Of a stretch of 64,000 nucleotides of DNA, positions 60,410 to 64,000 are shown in pieces. The translations under genes were made by a program, and so were the position numbers. Below the pieces are notes generated by a model. The model had not been told where the DNA came from, ran no database searches, and saw only the letters and a program-made list of their open reading frames with translations. Origin of the DNA: Vicugna vicugna (lineage: Eukaryota); contig MU058065.1 in assembly GCA_013265495.1 (NCBI GenBank), positions 8,246,302 to 8,310,301 of the forward strand, written 5' to 3'. The first letter of the stretch is position 1; each line of letters starts with the position of its first letter.

Positions 60410-63060
60410 ACAATGCATCTAGACTTGATATTTGTGTACAGATGAGGTGGGTTCAAGATTCACTTTTTTCTCATATGGATATGCAATTGACACAGCATCC
60501 TTTACTCCTTCTAATAAAAGATTCTGTGTCAATGGCCCTATGATTTCACATTTATTGTAAATCAGATAATCATAGATACGTATATGTGGACCGGCTTCTG
60601 GTTGCTCTGCTCTGTTTCATGACTCTCTTTGAATCAATACCACACTGAACTAATTTCCGTGTTTCTATCATTAGTCTTGATACTCGGTAGTGCAAACAGC
60701 TTTCTCCTTCTTGAAGGCTGTATTGGTTATTCTTGGCCCTTTGCATTGCCACAGAAATTTTAGGCTCAACATGTCAATGTCCACAGAAAAGATGGGATTT
60801 TGATTGGTATTTTGTTGAATCCACAGATGCACTTAAGATGAACATTTTTATTGATGTATTAAATAAATCTGCTTAATAATATTTATTAAAGAAATTTATT
60901 AAATTTCTCTCAGCAAAGTTTTGTAGTTTTTGATATAAAGTTCTTGCACATCTTTCATAAGATTTATTTTTAAATACTTGAAATCCTTGGTGCTATTATA
61001 AATTATCATTTAAATTTTTTTTTACTTTCTGTTTGCCACTGATACATAAATTGATTTTTATAATAGCCCTAAAATCAAGAAATTTTGCTGACTTTATTTA
61101 AATTATAATAATTTGTAGATTTTTCCAAAGTATATAATCATATTGAGTACAAATAATATAATTTTATTTCTTTATTTCTAATTCTTATAAAATTTGTATT
61201 TTTTTAATATGTGAAGAGGCTAAGACTTCTAGGATAGTTTGAATAGAAATGGTAATAGTGAGCTTCTTTGCCTCATTTTTTATTTCAGGGGGAAATTTTT
61301 CACTATTTCTCCATTAAGTATTATTTTTGCTTTATAAGTTTTGTAGATATTTTATAAAAAATTTAAAAATTCTCTTCTAGTCTTAGTTCACTAAGAACTT
61401 TAATCGTGAATGGGTGTTAAGTTTTATTAAATCTTTTTTTCTTCATCTATTGATTTGGTTGTATGCTTTTTCTCCTTTGTAAGTAAACACGCATTGTGTT
61501 TCTGAGATGAATTACATTGATTGGTTTTCATTTGTTAAACAATCCTTGCATTTCCATATAAACACACTGGGTCCTAGCGTGTTGTCTTTGTATGTGTCAG
61601 TGGATTCAATTTGCTGATATTTTGTTTCACATTTTTGTGTCATGTTCATGGAAGTGATTGGCCAGTAATATTCTTTCTTTTAATGACGTGTTTTGGTATC
61701 AAAGTTATACTGACTTCATAAAGTGTAATATTCTCTTTTTCCTTTCTTTTTTTATCTTTTTAAAGTTTGTATAATATTAATATTACTTATTTCTTAAATA
61801 TTTGGGATAATTTATCAGTGAAGACATTTGGGCCTAGGGTTTTCTTTGTGTGAAGATTTTTAGTTACAAATTTAATTTATTTAGGAGATACAGAGATATT
61901 AGAGTTTCTATTTTTTTATGTTGGTTTTTAAAAATATTATTTATTTATTATATTACTTAATTTGGAGGGGGTAATTAGGTTTGTTTATTTTTAGAAGAGG
62001 TACTGGGGACTGAACCCAGGACCTCATGCATGCCAAGCATGTGCTTTACCACTTGAGCTTTATCCTCCCCCCTTTGTTAGTTTTGTAAGTTGTACTTTTC
62101 TAGAAAATCATCTATTTCACCTACATTTTCTAAAATTTTTGGAATGGAGGTTTACAATATTCTATTATTAGCTTTTTAATATCTGAAACGTCTGTGGTGA
62201 ACTTAATTCCTGGTATAGGTAGTTTGTGCTTTTCCTCTTTCTGTCTTACAAGTCTTACTAGAGATCTAACCATTTTATTATTCTTTTCAAAGGCTCAATT
62301 TTTGGCTTTGTTGGTTTTCCCTTTTGTGCATTTGTTTTCACTTCATTAATTTCTGGCCGTATTTTTATGATTCCCTTCTTTCTCCTTACTTTGAGTTTAA
62401 TTTGCTATTCTATTTCCAAAATTATTCAGATGAATGCTTAGATTACCCATATTTTAGCCTTTCTCTTTTCTACTGTAAATGTAAGGCTCTCAGTAAGGTT
62501 TTAGCTGCATCACCTATTTTGATGTATCATCTTTTCATGACGAAGAATGGAAATTTCCATTGTGATTTCTCCTTTGCTCATGGGCTATTGCGAAGCTTAT
62601 TACTTAATCTCCAAACATTTGGTGATAGTCTAGTCATTTTTATTATTGATTCTTAGTTTAATTTGATACACTCAGAGAATATTCTGAGTGATTTCATTTC
62701 TTGAAATTTTCTTAGAACGTGCACATTATATGTTCAAATTTGGGAAATGTTTCATGTGCACTTGGAAAGAATGTGCATTTTGTCATCAGCATGAGCAGCG
62801 TCTTACCTATATCTGTAGGTCAAATCAGTTGTTCAATTTTGTTTTTCAGTTCTTTATCCTTACTGATTTTTTTTTCTTGTCTGCTTATCCTATCAGTTAT
62901 TAAGGGAGATGTGTTAAAGTTTTTTTCTGTGATTGTGGCTTTGTTTGTTTCTCCTTTTAGTTCTGTTCATTTTTCCTTTATATATTTTTAGTTATATGTA
63001 AGTTATGTAAAAATTAAGAATTGTTATATATTCCTGATGGATCAACCATATTATCATTTT
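60410..63060 (-). mobile_element. Old, decayed L1 (ORF2 region), antisense
   Basis: T-rich strand with L1 motifs (GGGATTTTGATTGG, TTGAATAGAAATGGT, TGGATTCAATTTGCT, TTTTGGTATCAAAGT); no intact ORF. Confidence 0.85.
61930..62071 (-). mobile_element. tRNA-derived SINE (camelid Vic-1-like) nested in an old L1
   Basis: GGGGGTAATTAGGTTTGTTTATT..GGTACTGGGGACTGAACCCAGGACCTC..CTTTACCACTTGAGCT; TSD-like TGTTGGTTTT and TGTTAGTTTT. Confidence 0.9.
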
Positions 63061-64000
63061 TTCCTGCATTTTCCATAAGCAGCTGATAAACTGCAAGAGA
63101 CAGCCCCATTCACTGAGATGTGAACAACAGCTCTAACAGCCCCTGGAGGGCAAAACTGGGATGTAACAGAAGAAACAGTGAAACAGAACCATAAGTCCTG
63201 GGTTCTGCCAGCTGTGCATCTTGAACAACTCATTAATACCTGTGAGCCTCAGTTTCTTCATCTCTAAAAAACTGGATTGTATATCTACTTGCCTTACCTG
63301 TCTTACAGGTATAGTCAAGGTAAAATCAGATAGTAAATATGAAAACACTGCATAAATTCTAAAGTGGAGTTGTAAACTAGCCTATGGGTGGCATGCAGAC
63401 AGCAGATTTTTGGGGGGGGGGTGCCTACAGAGTGCTTCCTTTTTTGACCAAGACACATTGAAAAATTATATTTCACATGAAAATACAGATTCCTGCTTTT
63501 CTCTCTAAAAAAAAAAATCCAAAGACCTGGCAACTGTAGAGCTGGCTTCACAGCTGTGGCAGATAGGCTGGAGCTGAGTGGGCTCCCTCTCAGCTGGAAC
63601 ACTGTCTCAGTTGTGTCACACCCTCCCCTTCTCAGCATGTACACGTATGCACTCACACTGCCAGGCTTACATATCTCTGCCCGCCTCTTCCTGATCTGTG
63701 GCCCGTGCTAAAGCATTATATCAATATTAGTTGGTATTACTCATTTAAGAGTCAGAGGCACACAGGAGATTTTCAGCGTTAAGTGTTGCTAAGTCCTGAA
63801 ACAGGTAACTGTGGGAGGTTGCAGAAACATTTCCCCTAGAGACCTAAAAATAAGACAGATATATGTACAGCCTCTCCTGGATGCAGGGGAAGGGCAGAAT
63901 GACTGTACCAAGTTCCTTCCAGGTTTTAAATTGAGCTGGGGGTGGGGAGGAGCTATTTTAGGATCTGTATGTTGGAGGAAGAGAAGGTGGAGATTTTTCA

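Larger units (their letters stand above)
32945..64000 (+). other. MARCHF4: MARCHF4 intron 1 (continues past the window end)
   Basis: GT donor at 32945. I did not see the expected exon-2 peptide (GELLSPCRC...) downstream; the sequence is repeat-rich and non-coding. Confidence 0.85.

Noticed and set aside
1..64000. CRISPR arrays, operons or other prokaryotic systems
   Set aside because: The sequence is mammalian; no regularly spaced repeat-spacer arrays or dense gene structure.

Overview
Mammalian genomic DNA, probably a camelid, inferred from three antisense tRNA-derived SINEs resembling the Vic-1 family. The only convincing protein-coding sequence is the first coding exon of MARCHF4 (MARCH4, RING-CH E3 ubiquitin ligase) on the + strand, ATG 32426 to splice donor 32944. 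A CpG-island promoter and long leader (about 30240-32425) precede it, and more than 31 kb of intron 1 follow; I found no exon 2. The remainder is intergenic or intronic DNA rich in old transposon relics (MLT1 and MER21-like LTRs, L1, L2, MIR, MER DNA transposons). Main observations: (1) three uORFs in the leader chained by overlapping stop/start codons (ATGA, TGATG), the middle one encoding an 87-aa acidic peptide; (2) a non-canonical REST/RE1 site with a 10-bp spacer at the promoter; (3) an old ~650-bp copy of promoter-proximal DNA inserted into an MLT1 LTR 4 kb upstream; (4) a young multi-step template-switch scar in another LTR; (5) a tailless insertion of only the L1 5' end; (6) a strong CTCF motif with its upstream module. 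Repeat family names are from recalled consensus sequences, not a database search, and most repeat boundaries are approximate. Nearly all entries in the ORF track look like chance ORFs.
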